64,000 nucleotides of DNA from contig NC_043007.1 in assembly GCF_006345805.1 (NCBI RefSeq), positions 23,126,001 to 23,190,000 on the forward strand. The letters run 5' to 3'. Made by a program: the position numbers and the translations under genes. Under the pieces are notes generated by a model, which was not told where the DNA came from, did not search any database, and saw only the letters and a program-made list of their open reading frames with translations. Below are positions 12,731 through 25,515 of this stretch, in pieces; the first letter of the stretch is position 1; every line of letters starts with the position of its first letter. Source of the DNA: Octopus sinensis. Its lineage: Eukaryota.

Positions 12731-13577
12731 CAGTGATTTTTAACCATTTTTTTCCCTATAGCACCCTACCTTTTGAGTAGTTGTTATGCTTGGGGCACAC
12801 CTAAGTGGTGAGTGAGGTATCACGACTAAACTAACTTAACATGGAGTTAACTTAACATAGGCGCAGGAGTGGCTGTGTGGCATGTAGCTTGCTTACGAAC
12901 CACATGGTTCCGGGTTCAGTCCCACTGCGTGGCATCTTGGGCAAGTGTCTTCTGCTATAGCCCCGGGCCGACCAATGCCTTGTGAGTGGATTTGGTAGAC
13001 GGAAACTGAAAGAAGCCTGTCGTATATATGTATATATATATATGTATGTGTGTGTGTGTTTGTGTGTCTGTGTTTGTCCCCCTAGCATTGCTTGACAACC
13101 GATGCTGGTGTGTTTATGTCCCCGTCAAACTTTCGTTCGGCAAAAGAGACCGATAGAATAAGTACTGGGCTAACAAAGAATAAGTCCCGGGGTCGATTTG
13201 CTCGACTAAAGGCGGTGCTCCAGCATGGCCGCAGTCAAATGACTGAAACAAGTAAAAGAGAGAGTATGGCGATAATTTATAAATTTTACTCTAAAAATGG
13301 ATTGTATAAGGTTTTAACAGTGAAATGACAAAAACAAAATTTACTCTATACGTTGCAAGTTAATAACATCCCTGTGCCTGATGACATCTCAGTTTATTTT
13401 AATAACCATTACTATTTTTATCATGTATAATATAATTACTACTGCAAGTAAAATTTAGTTAGTTAATTATGTTACCTCACTGCCCCCTAAAGCGTTACCG
13501 CCATTTTTTTTTTCTAGTTTCAGCTCAGAGCTGCGGCCATGCTGTTGCACCACCGTTCTCATTGTTGAGAACTTCTG
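12731..13577. mobile_element. hAT-type non-autonomous element interrupted by a SINE A
   Basis: Ends CAGTGATTTTTAAC and GTTGAGAACTTCTG; degenerate 8-bp TSD cattagac/aattaggc. Confidence 0.55.
12859..13263 (+). mobile_element. SINE family A, full length
   Basis: Aligns to 2756-3223. Confidence 0.92.
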
Positions 13578-14279
13578 AATTAGGCTATTAAAATTGGTCT
13601 GTTGATGTTGCCCTGTATGACAGACGTTGGTATCTGGAGCTAATAATAGAAATCATGTTCAGTTCTTCAATCCTCAGCTAATATTTCAAAGGCTTACCTT
13701 GTTAATCTGTATGGGATCTGTTATTGAAATAGGGCAGCAGTTTCGACTAATCCTGAGTATTGAGTGACTCTTCGTATGTCTACTCTTTAAGGATTTTTCG
13801 ATTATCTTCATTTTCCTCCTCCTCGCACCTTTTAAGCAGGTTACATATGAGAAAAAAAGAGGGAGATAGATTGTAAATAAAATTAATGCAGTGAGGGAGC
13901 AAAGAAGAAGAAGAAAAGATGGAGAGAGAGGTTGACGAAAGAATAAGAATACTGATTTTTAACGTAGTCATAATGGTCCTACATCTGCGGAAAGAGCAGT
14001 CGATTAAGTCAAACCCAGTATTGGCAGATATTTATTCGATCAGTCCGGAAGTCAAACATGTTTATTGAACTTAACCTGTATTTGTTTTGCTGACGACGTT
14101 AATGGGAAAGTTGCGTTATTGGCAACCGGTAAATCCTCTACCGTCTTCTAACACCTTGAAGCATTTTCTGAAATGTTCTGGTTACTTCTCAAACTGCTTT
14201 GTGTGCCTTCAGATGACTAGCTGGAAATTTCCTATCACAATCCAATTTAACGACCACAAGAATCTGGGATACGACATGG

Positions 14280-14440
14280 ACCAGGTGTGGCTATGTGGTA
14301 AGAAGCTTGCTTTCCAACCACATGGTTCCGAGTTCAGTCCCACTGCGTGGTACCTTGGGCAAGTGTCTTTTATATAGCCTCAGGCCACCAAAGCCTTGTG
14401 GGTGGATTTGGTAGACGGAAACTGAAAGGAGCCCGTCTTA
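14280..14440 (+). mobile_element. SINE family A, 5' half
   Basis: gtggctatgtggtaag...gaaactgaaaggagcccgtc followed by (TA)n. Confidence 0.85.
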
Positions 14441-14444
14441 TATA

Positions 14445-14482
<38 letters not shown>

Positions 14483-14936
14483 AAGTATTAATTTATAAAA
14501 ATATGGTAAAGTAAAAAAATTCACTTTACCACACACCGAACTTTTCAGAAATAGCAGCCAAAAATTTGGCTATTTCTTCAACTGCAAATAAAAGTCTCCA
14601 GACAATGCATACTCAGAAAATAACTCACATAGGTATAAGGGAAAAACAATGAAAGATCACATCCATATACGATACCCGAGGACAGTCTGTTTCTGGATTT
14701 GTGGGTAAAACGCCACTTTTCCTTCATCAGCTCAGAGATTTCTTCTGATTTAGATTTGAAAATACTAAGAATCAAACATACCCGTCCGATATCTGTAACA
14801 TCGGACAAACCATGCCAGACACCCAGTACTAGCGAATCCAAAAATACGAATGAGATCCATCATTCTCCCCGTCCACCCACGTGAGTCATAGAGCATTACA
14901 TTTCTACAGAGGTAATATTTTTATAAATTAATACTT
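14483..14936. repeat. Module bounded by a 22-bp inverted repeat, inside (TA)n
   Basis: aagtattaatttataaaaatat (14483-14504) versus atatttttataaattaatactt (14915-14936). Confidence 0.8.
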
Positions 14937-14981
14937 CAAATATACCGTAAATGGTCTTTACATACCGAATACTGCTTGGTC

Positions 14982-15023
<42 letters not shown>

Positions 15024-15029
<6 letters not shown>

Positions 15030-15277
15030 GAAAAACCACTATTATGAGATTCAAATAATGATAGACATAAACCAAATCATAAAGAAAAAATAAAATATAT
15101 TATAAAGCATATAGCTAGATCACAAAAAGTACAAAAAATGAATAAATATATTTTTATTCATTTTTTTGGTACTTTTTGTGATCTAGTTATATGTTTTATA
15201 ATATATTTTATTTTTTCTGTATGATTTGGTTTATATCTATCATTGTTTGATTGACATAATAGTGGTTTTTCTCTAAT
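15024..15277. repeat. Fold-back palindrome, arms of about 125 bp
   Basis: attagagaaaaaccactattatg... mirrored by ...cataatagtggtttttctctaat; centre near 15150. Confidence 0.92.
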
Positions 15278-15360
15278 TTATATATATTATATATTTATAT
15301 TGTGAAATTTGGTTTAATACTAAATTGAATTTTTCCATGTAAGTTTGGAGTTATACTTCC

Positions 15361-15394
<34 letters not shown>

Positions 15395-15395
15395 C

Positions 15396-15443
<48 letters not shown>

Positions 15444-15632
15444 TGTGTGTTTGTCCCCCACCATTACTTGACAACCGATGTTGGTGTGTCTACGTCCCCG
15501 TAACTTAGCGGTTCGGCAAAAGAGGGCGATTGAATAAGTACTAGGCTTATAAAGAATAAGTTCTGGGAATAAGTTCGACTCAAGGCGGTGCTCCAGTATG
15601 GCCGCAGTCAAATGACTGAAACAAGTAAAAGA
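15395..15632 (+). mobile_element. SINE family A, 3' half
   Basis: (TG)n then tttgtcccc...gactgaaacaagtaaaagaa. Confidence 0.85.
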
Positions 15633-15860
15633 ATATATATATATTCTTTGGAACGGTGAATCTCGAAGAAGATAAAGGTATAAGTAATAGCGTATAAGAT
15701 ATGGGTTAAAAAAACACCTGTGGATAGAAAAGGTCTAAAGGTGCCCAGATTTAGAGGTTTCTAACATTGGACAGCTATTTTTCGAGGGAAAATTAAAATA
15801 AAGTCATTGACTTGATAAACTGCGTTTATATGCACACACACACGCACACACACAGACACA

Positions 15861-15942
<82 letters not shown>

Positions 15943-15955
15943 TGTATGTATATAG

Positions 15956-16067
15956 ATTAATATTTAGCAGAAGTTACAGAGTGACTCAAAGTCCGAGAGT
16001 TTAGTGCGTTGGTACTTATCAAACTCTCGGACTTTGAGTCACTCTGTTACTTCTGGTAAATATTAAT
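15956..16067. repeat. Hairpin with 47-bp arms and an 18-nt loop
   Basis: Arms 15956-16002 and 16021-16067 (cagagtgactcaaagtccgagagttt / aaactctcggactttgagtcactctg). Confidence 0.92.
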
Positions 16068-16399
16068 AAAAATATACATATACTGATATTTTAAATAGAT
16101 CGTCAGTGAGTAAAGTGGCTTAATAGATAGATATATTTCATAGGAAAACATTAGACGGGCGTATTCGGTAAATGTTGGACGTTGGCAAGATATACATTTC
16201 TCTATTGACGTTGACTGGATATTGACACACATTCTTAAGCATATACCTTGTGCAATAAGATTTAAACTGCTTTTTAATGAGACTAGAGTTTCATTAAAAA
16301 GCAGCAAAATTGCGATATTTCATATCATTGATATTATCAAACCAGTCTTCTCATAGTTTTCTTAGTTTTAATGTAGTATTGAAAAAAATCTCTTTGGCA

Positions 16400-17230
16400 A
16401 TCCGTTGGTTAAAACGGTGAATATTCTAGTTGATCCGATCAACGGAACAGCCTGTTCGTGAAACTGCCGTGCAATGACTGAGCAGTCCACAGAGACGTAT
16501 ACCCTTAACGTAGTTCTCAGGGAGATTCAGCATGACACAGAGTGTGACAAGACCGGTCCTTTGAATTAAAGGTGCTACTGTAAATCCTCGAGTATAGTCC
16601 GCCCTTGAGTATAATACGCAGGGGATTTTTAGGGGACTGTACTCCTGAAAAACCCAAACCTTGTGTATAATACGCACCCCTTCTCTAACTTGAGTCAAGG
16701 AGGTCTATATAACGTCCTTGGTTTGTAAAAGTGTATACGGTAACGTCCTTTATTATTATTGTATATAAAACTTAATGCAAACGTGTAGCTTTTCTGTGCA
16801 TTTTGTTTGAAGAAAATAAAGAAATAACAGTAATAACGTTTAATGAATGTTGCTTACTGCAAGTTATGGATGATTCTTTTATGACTTCATTACTTTCAGG
16901 CTTAGCTTAAGGTATTTTCGCGCCCGACATCACAAAATGCGTCTGAATAAACATTGCCGGACAGCAAATAGAGACTCGGACATTGCTTAGAAAATATTTT
17001 TCATTTTTAACCTCGTATATAGTATGCACTAGGGATTTTGACATTTAAATCTTGGGAAAAAATGCGGATTATACACGAGGATTTACAGTACTCATTTTTG
17101 CCATCTGAGTGGGCTGGAGCAGCGTAAAATAAAGGGCCTTGCTGAAGGGTACAACGCACCGCCGGGAATTGAACTCACGACCTTACGATGGTGGGCCGAA
17201 TAGCCTAACTACTAAGCGACGCGCTTTCAC
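16400..17230 (-). mobile_element. tRNA-derived SINE (family C-related) split by a MITE
   Basis: 3' body at 16400-16577 matches 700-880; tRNA-like head at 17091-17230. Confidence 0.8.
16578..17088. mobile_element. Tc1/mariner-superfamily (pogo/Tigger-like) MITE
   Basis: TIRs ctgtaaatcctcgagtatagtccgc / gcggattatacacgaggatttacag; TA target duplication at 16576-16577 and 17089-17090. Confidence 0.88.
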
Positions 17231-17773
17231 GAAACATTAAGCAATGAATGCATTCATACGTACATAAATGTATTTTTTATCCATACGCTCACAGCTAGAC
17301 AGACTGCATATACAGTCAGCTGTTGCATAATTTCTTTAAAACGTCATTGTAGGGGCGCAGTTGCTATGACATCGGTAAAGATACGTCATAAATCGAATAC
17401 ATCATTGGGAATAACGATTTTTCTCAAAGAAAGAACATTATTCAAAGTTTATTTCCGTTTTATATATTCGACTACAATTGTGTTACTAATCCAATACAAA
17501 TATTTTCTTATTCAAATACTTTCATACATTTTTGGTTAATTCTTTTTAAGTGGGGGCTTCAGAAACTGAAGTTATTTATGCGTTCTAAATATGGGCTACA
17601 AGATGACATGTTCTTGCCCATTTTGAGAAGTGGCTGGAACTATTCGGTAGATCATCATTTTATATAGCCTTATATGTCTCTTAATTTTAATTTTAACGTG
17701 ATCAAGTTCAAAAAGACTGGTTTTAATTAAAACTATATTAAATAGAATTAGTTGGCTGAGTTAGATATAGTTA

Positions 17774-17952
17774 TTCTTTTATTCTTTTATTTGTTTCAGT
17801 CATTTGACTACGGCCATGTTGTACTTATTCTAAGCCTAGTACTTATTCTATCGGTCTCTCTTGCCGAACTGCTAGGTGACGGAGACCTAAACACACCAGC
17901 ATCGGTTCTCAAGTGATGTTGGGGGACAAACACAGACACACACACACACACG

Positions 17953-17995
<43 letters not shown>

Positions 17996-18183
17996 ACGCA
18001 CACACACACATATATATACGACGGGCTTCTTTCAGTTTCCGCCTACCAAATCCACTCACAAGGTTTTAGTCGGCCCGAGGCTATAGTAGAAGACACTTGC
18101 CTAAGGTGCCACGCAGTGGGACTGAACCCGGAACCATGTGGTTGGTAAGGGAGCTACTTACCACACAGCCACTCCTGCGCCTA
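17774..18183 (-). mobile_element. SINE family A
   Basis: Reverse complement of the family A sequence with an internal deletion. Confidence 0.9.
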
Positions 18184-18369
18184 TAATGTAGCAGAATAAT
18201 GTAACTTCTACAGCCGACTAAACTTCGAAAAAATACGAGGTAGGAATTTTGCTTTTCATAATAAGGTATACTCTCACGATTTCAGGAAGATCAGCCGCAG
18301 AGTAAATATTTGTCGGCTATGCTGCACTCGGAGCGGAAATCCCACTGTTCGTCAGCTAGCTTTGACTCG

Positions 18370-18645
18370 ACAATATCACTCAAGGAAACCTGCGCAATGT
18401 ACTCTACATATGAGTGGTGTTCGACTGAATCAGGTATCTTAGGGCAGTTTTCACGAGTGATGGAATGTAAGAGGCTGAATTAAACGCAAGAATCGCAGCT
18501 GCTGGTACAGAAATGCACCAGCTTCAGCATTCGGTCATTAGAAGAAGGAAGGTAGATGTAAAAACCAAACTCGTTATCTTCAACTCGATGTTCGTGCCGG
18601 CCCCTACCTATAGTCATGAATCTTGGGTAGTGACCAAAAGAATAT
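18370..18645 (+). pseudogene. RTE-clade (Expander-like) LINE RT fragment
   Basis: Translation RYLRAVFTSDGM*EAELNARIAAAG...KTKLVIFNSMFVPAPTYSHESWVVTKR matches the YLG...EIxxRI...PxLxYGxExW pattern of RTE RTs. Confidence 0.8.
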
Positions 18646-18654
18646 TTATTCTTA

Positions 18655-18885
18655 TTTCTTTATTGCTCACAAGGGGCTAAATATAGAGGGGACAAACAAA
18701 GAGAGACAAATGTATTAAGTTGATTACATCGACCCCAGTGCGTAACTGGTACTTAATTTATCGACCCCGAAAGGATGAAAGGCAAAGTCAACCTCGGTGG
18801 AAATTGAACTCAGAATGTAACGGCAGACGAAATACCGCAAAGCATTTCGCCCAGCGTGCTAACGTTTCTGCCAGCTCGCCGCCTT
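18655..18885 (-). mobile_element. SINE family B, full length
   Basis: Reverse complement of the family B sequence. Confidence 0.9.
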
Positions 18886-20280
18886 ACGTGAAAAACATTT
18901 CATCATGTTTCAAGATAAATCTACCTTGAATCAGAAATCTGAACTATTCAGTTGTTTGTAGGCATTCTTCGTTTGCCACCAAACGGTAAATTATAGCGTT
19001 GGCATTAGCATTGCCATTTCTCACCTTTACATTTGCTTCCTTGTTTTCAGTATAACTTGAAATTTACTGGATAATTTACCTGCATTTTTGTAATCCTGTA
19101 TTTTTTGTTATCCTGACATGTATCCTTCCAACCGTCGCATTTGACCTATATAACTTAATAACTGCTGTTTGATTTTACCCTTTTAACACTATCTTTTATT
19201 GCCCGCGATATATGTTACACACGTTTATTACATTAATGTATTTCATTATATTTTATCATTCTATTTTTAAAGTTATTCCCAACTTAAATCGATATGCTTG
19301 ATTATTTACACATCTCTATGCAAATATTTTTTTCCGTGTTGTTCTATATTTCCAAATCGTATTACATCCATTTTCTTTCGATCGGTTTTTTCTTGTGTGC
19401 TTGTTCGTGATCAGTTCTTTTGATACATCTAACTCACTATCTATATATGCTTGCAAATCGTTCCCACCGCTCCCTTGTGTTTATAACTGTCTGTATTAGA
19501 TACAAACTCTCGGTTATTACTATTACTACTTTTAAACTTTGCTGCCATCTGTCATTTTATTTTTCTCTGTTTTTGTTCCGCTGTCTTTTCCTTGTTTTTT
19601 CCTTCTTCTCCACCTCTCAGATTCTATCTGTTTCTCTTTTATTTTCGTCCACGAGTGCACCTTTCTTTTCCTTGTAATAAACTCATTTATTTTTGCATTT
19701 TTTCTTATTTCTATTTTGCATTTATTCATTCATTCGTCCTTGATTTAATTTTTAATATAAATTTTAATTTTTACCAAAATATATTGTCCTTTAATTCTTG
19801 GTCTCTAAAAGCGATTTTTTTCTTTCATTGTTTTCATCCGCACAATATTATGTCTGTTTCCCCGAATATATTAACCATTTTTTATTTCAGTTTTTAATGT
19901 TTATTGTATTGCGTTTCGACCAATCGTTTTTCAACCACGAGGCTCCCGTTATTTTGTTTAGTAATAAGGCTATAACCTATCAGCTTTAAGTGTTTCTTCG
20001 ATGAGTTGCGAAATAATCATTACGTCACGGTTTATACTTATAACCCATAAATTTGTTCTGAGTTCTCACGACTTTCTGATGGTTGCTTACCTGAAACTCT
20101 GAATATATATATATGTAGAAGGTTGAAAAGTAACACACGAGTTAATATGTATAAGGAATATATATATATATATATATACAAAATTTAGAGGACTGACCGC
20201 AAAAAGTGGACAGCCTATATGCTATACATAGACGTCAAACATATATATATATATATATAATATATATATATATATATACA

Positions 20281-21600
20281 CTAGCAAATGCACCCGTCTT
20301 TTGGATAGTTTTAATGGCTTTGGTGATATCTTTTTTACCAAATAATTGAACTACCGAGAAGGATTAAGGAGTATGGGTAGCATGGATTAACCTAAGAAAA
20401 TCAAATTGAAGGCTGGTTTTTGTGGAGGTCATTGTACTTTAATGATCATGGAACATACAAGTTTGCAAGTGATGCAAAGTAGAGCTACTGAAGTGCTTTA
20501 GGAGTAGATCACGGATAATGACAACAAAATATAGTTGTTTTACATGAAAGCGAAATTTCTTGTCAGTAACAGCTGCATAAATGGTGTAAGGAAAGTGAAG
20601 TAAAGAGAGCTATTTTTTCGGAGAGATATACTAACAAAAGTCCCTTTATTCTGTCTTCCCACATAGCCTACGTATAAAATAACAGCAAATGCTGCATAAA
20701 GTTAAATTGGTATGGAGCTTTCTGAAAGATACGTATAGCTTTCGCTAGTGGAAGCAAAACTCTTATTTAAAGGTTGATTCTTTGGGATGAATCATATGTG
20801 ATTGTTTAAAAGGGGCTAGAACAACAATGCTAAAGAAACGTATTGGCTAAAGAAACAATGGACAACAGTAGAAATATCATAATGGATGAATAAATAAGCA
20901 TCCTTAAAGTGAAACAACGGCATCAAAGGTAAATAAAGGTATCAACAAATAGGAAGGAAGGGAACCTCACCTTTCAAGTAACTCAGAACAGATAAAGAGG
21001 TAAGCTTGCCAAAGTTTAATGCAGTTTAAATATGTAGATTAAGATAGTTTGGTTTTGGATATTCATCGCGTACAGTGTTCTTAGTCAATTGAATCACTGT
21101 CGTAGGTGGATAGCGGAAATAGACAAAGTCCTTTCACTTTCATAAAAAGATTTAAAAAGCATAGAAGACACTACATACAAAAAAATTATGTCCATTTACA
21201 TCCAATCACGCGGGAGCTCTGGGCAAAATATTAAAGTGCATGATCGTCATTGAGACAAAAGTAATGTGTATGTGTAAAGTTTGGTGAAAATCGTTTGAGA
21301 ATTGTAGAAATGTATGCTTTAGTCATTATACATACTGTGGTTTATATAGGTGGACAGTGGAAATAGATAAATAAATAGACAAAATCCTTTCAATTTTATA
21401 AAAAGATTTTTAAAAGTATGGAAAATCCCACATACAAAAAATCTATGTCCATTTACGCCTATTTATGCGGGAGCTCTGGGCAAAATGTTATAGTGCATGA
21501 CCATTTTTGGGACATAAGTAATGAGTGCGTAAAGTTCGGTGAAAATCGGTTGAGAATTGTGGAAATGTATGCGTTAGCCATACTGCGATTTATATATACT
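20281..21600 (-). mobile_element. Probable Helitron-derived element with an internal tandem duplication of about 245 bp
   Basis: Left end CTAG with a degenerate hairpin (acccgtc..gatagtt); 21100-21345 repeated at 21346-21600. Confidence 0.5.
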
Positions 21601-21739
21601 ATATATATATATATACATATATAAACAGAGATTAATTTTTTTTATCCCACGTGTGTGGATAAATATACATGCATACGTAAATAAAAACTGACTGAGACTG
21701 ACAAGCAAGCAGGCAGATAGACTGGTAGGCACGCAGGCC

Positions 21740-21908
21740 TGCAGACAGACAGATAGACAGACAGACAGACAGACAGATAGAACAGATAGATGATAGATAG
21801 ATAGAATAGATAGATAGAATAGATAGACAGACCACGACAGACACAGACAGATAGATAGATGATAGATAGATAGATAGATAGATAGACAGACAACGACGAC
21901 AGACAGAC

Positions 21909-21970
<62 letters not shown>
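21740..21970. repeat. (GATA)/(GACA) microsatellite
   Basis: Direct reading. Confidence 0.95.
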
Positions 21971-21971
<1 letters not shown>

Positions 21972-22183
21972 ACATGTCGCTTCTTATTGTTCTTTCACAC
22001 AAGTTTAGTGCAAATGAACGCAGCGCCAAGCACCACTGAAAGAGAATACCGGAAGGGAATCTGTGATTCAAAGTAGGTAGGCTTCCCAGTACATCGGCAA
22101 ACAAAGGAGAAATAATTTATCTTGCCAAAAGTACTTTTCCTTTATAAGTAATTAAGTGCAACGACACACATACAGACACGCGC

Positions 22184-22221
<38 letters not shown>

Positions 22222-22260
22222 ATATAATACGTATCAGTATATATATATATAATGCATATA

Positions 22261-22410
22261 AGGCGGCGTACTGGCAGATTCGTTAGCGCGCCGAGCAAAA
22301 TGCTTAGCGTCCGTCTTTACGTTTTGAGTTTAAATTCCATCGAGATCGATTTTGTTTTCGTCCTTTCGGGGTCAATAAAAGAAGTACCTGTCATGTACTA
22401 GGGTAAATGT
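22261..22410 (+). mobile_element. SINE family B, diverged
   Basis: aggcggcgtactggcagattcgttagc head plus core. Confidence 0.75.
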
Positions 22411-22671
22411 ATCAACTTATCCATTTCCCCGAATTGGTGTCGCTGTTCGAAAAATTGAAAAAATATATATATAATACATATATATATCTATATATATATA
22501 ATATATATATAATATATATATATCTATAATATATATATATATATATGTTGAAGGTTGAAAAGGAACACACGAGTTGATATATATAAGGAAAATAAGACAA
22601 GGTAGAAAATGCTAAAATAATTTTATCATGAAGAACATTCTAGTACTGGTTTCAGTCTTTTTCAGTCTGAC

Positions 22672-22872
22672 CGCGTGTGTACCGTTGGCGATTTTTTCCC
22701 TCCGTCTTCCCTTCTTTGGATCTTTCCTTTTCCTATGTTTCTGACGAAGAGCTCTGCTCAAAACGTTAAACCCTCCTTCTTTCCTTCCTTCCTGAGCGTC
22801 CAATAATACTATATTTGTTCCACGTCCTCGCGTTGTTGTGTTTTCTCTTTGTGTTTTCATGTTTGGATTAAC
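22672..22872 (+). mobile_element. HHR-bearing module, family H2
   Basis: Near-identical in reverse to 61765-61968; contains the HHR at 22737-22771; ends in (CTAT)n. Confidence 0.8.
22737..22771 (+). ncRNA. Minimal hammerhead ribozyme, probably inactivated (G12 to A)
   Basis: GTTT-CTGACGA-A-GAGC-TCT-GCTC-AAA-ACGT-T-AAAC; the sister copy at 61868 has GAA. Confidence 0.7.
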
Positions 22873-22874
22873 TA

Positions 22875-22968
<94 letters not shown>

Positions 22969-22981
22969 ACTATCTATCATC

Positions 22982-23021
<40 letters not shown>

Positions 23022-23424
23022 ATATATATATATATATATATATTTGTTAACAAATGAAGTTCGAAAATGCTGCTATATTATACAATTTTTAATTTTTATA
23101 TATACATTATAACATTTTCAGTTCCTGAAATGAACCTTATCAAAAAAAGTATATATAAAAAAAAGACAGCTCATGCCGTCAAACACAAGAAATCATTTAT
23201 AATACACAACGGAGTCAGACATCTTAGAGTTCATGTATAGTTGATATATAGTTTGAAGTAAGTTCATTCATGCTATATGTTCAAAGTGTTCGATGCAGTG
23301 GCCCACGGTGGCGATACGTATTCAATACAAAAAACAGATCAAAGTGGTGGAAAGCAGTCAATACAGAAGATTGATGTTTCCGAAAGAGCGAGGAATTCAT
23401 ATATATATATATATATATATATAA

Positions 23425-23765
23425 GGCATATAAAGGTGTCCACATGACGACCTAACATCTCCGCAATGATATGAAGAGAGGTGCCTTTAGCACCTTCCTT
23501 GATGATGACAGACTTTTCTTCAACGTTAAGGCCTTTTCCACGTCCCATCGTTCTTAGAGAGGAAAGACGCTATTAGCGTGGTTCTCCCAAAAGCTGAAGC
23601 ATCCGAAATAAAAAAGAAAGGACGTTACACAGAGTAATGAAAACCTAACAATGGAGTTGCCATAGCGTGCAAACAAGCTGGGAAAAGTTTTATCAAAATC
23701 GATTCACAAAAAAAACGAGAAATCCTAAATTTCACTCTTAAGCTATTAGTATGGTTCTGGGTGTA
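23425..23765 (-). pseudogene. Tc1-like transposon 5' fragment (TIR plus N-terminal HTH)
   Basis: MGRGKGLNVEEKSVIIKEGAKGTSLHIIAEMLGRHVDT resembles the paired-like HTH of Tc1; terminus TA-CACCCAGAACCATACTAATAGC. Confidence 0.7.
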
Positions 23766-24515
23766 CATACATACATACATACATTCAAACATACATACAT
23801 AGTTTTATTCAATACATATGTATATATGCTTTAATTTGAAAAAGATGATATTCTTGATACAGATTTTAATCGCAAAATTTCTATTTCTTTTTCTGATTAT
23901 CTTAAAATTCTAGATCGTTTCTTTTCTTTTTTTTTGCGCGAACTTGCGATTAGTTTGAGAATTTTCAAATCATTGAGAAAATGCCGAATACAATAATTTC
24001 TATGTATTTATTTTAAGAACGGTATTTTTGGAATGATATAACGAAACTTAATTAAAAAGATAAAAGTCTTGTCCTCATGACCGCTAAATACAGATAACTG
24101 TGTATATGCTCAGACTCACATATATAGCGAGAGAAAGAGAGAGGCACAAGAACAGGGAATGATTTAGACAGACAAACAAATAGATAAGTAGATAGATAGA
24201 GAAAGAGAGATGGAGAGAGAGAGAGAGATAGCTTGGAATCAGGCTTTCTTTATAGCAAATTCGCGCTCGAGTTTTGTCTATGAATGATTTTACATGTTTT
24301 TTTTTCTTATTCGGCCTCTAGAATCGCTAAATGTTCCTAACTAAATACAATGGCGTAATGAAGAGAGGAAATAAGAAGACTCTTGAATAGAATTACCCAA
24401 CTTAAACATAGACGCCCATGTAATACGACGCACTCCTAGACACATGACACATACTTACACACACAGATATGCATGTGTGTGCATACATACATACATACAT
24501 ACATACATATGCACA

Positions 24516-24546
<31 letters not shown>

Positions 24547-24753
24547 GCACACACATTCAGACACATATACATACATATGTACACACATTAATTCAGACAC
24601 ACAGAGACTAGCATATTCAATTCTGATTCTTCAACCTGTCGGAGTACTCTGTTTCAGTGACATTACTATGACTCTTTCGTAATATATTAGGAAACTTAAC
24701 CCTTACTGTCTAATCTTAGTTATTTATTATTTAACCGTATATATTTGGCTTCA

Positions 24754-25060
24754 TCTTTATATATAAAATTGAAGTTGTGTGTGTGAGACTCTGTCTCCTC
24801 CGATTTAGATTCCTAACTACTCCCACATTTTGCGGTGCAGTTTAACCAAAAGCGGGTATCTTATAGTCGTCATTCATATCAAGCCCTTCTGGGTATTAGC
24901 GCGCGTCTACGATGAGTCTACGATTAAAAAAAAAATTTATCATAATTTTTCTGCGTTTTTAATGATTTTTGCTCGGGTTATATAAGGGAAGTAACTCTCT
25001 AAAAATGCTTATATAGTTATTTCCCTTACAAACCCGAGCAACGCCGGGCGATACTGCTAG
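24754..25060 (+). mobile_element. Non-autonomous Helitron, second copy
   Basis: 5' TC, hairpin cccgagcaacgccggg, 3' CTAG; near-identical to 4176-4479. Confidence 0.8.
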
Positions 25061-25328
25061 TTGCTTATATTGCTCTACTAAACTTCTACTGCTATATATC
25101 AAATTCAAGATGTGTGGTCTTGTAGTTAAGGAATTGGACTTACGATCGTTTGATCATGAATTCGCTTCTCGGACTGAGTTGCGCATTGTGACTTTCAGGA
25201 AGGCGCTCTATTCCACGTAGCTGTAGCCTACACAGCTGGAAATAAGAACATTAGATACCCGTGAGTCAGGATTTCGATGAACTAGTGTTCTAGTCAGAAG
25301 AGATTTTTATTCTATTAGTCACTTATAT

Positions 25329-25515
25329 CAGTGCTCCGCAACCTTTTTTCATTTTCGGTACACTTAGAGTCTTCTCAAAAATTTGCGGCACACCCGAACT
25401 AAAAATATAATTAAAAGTATAGGAGTAAAACATTATATTCAGGTTACACTGCGGCGCATCTAGCATCGTCTCGTGGCACACCAGTGTGCTGCGGTGTACC
25501 CGTTGCGGAGCATTG
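25329..25515. mobile_element. hAT-type MITE
   Basis: TIR cagtgctccgcaac / gttgcggagcattg; degenerate 8-bp TSD acttatat/tcttatac. Confidence 0.75.

Noticed and set aside
18890-20100. Strand-biased region with YIGQ on the minus strand and CTGATGG..GAAAC near 20075
   Set aside because: Possibly an ancient PLE remnant, but the motifs are too decayed to support a call
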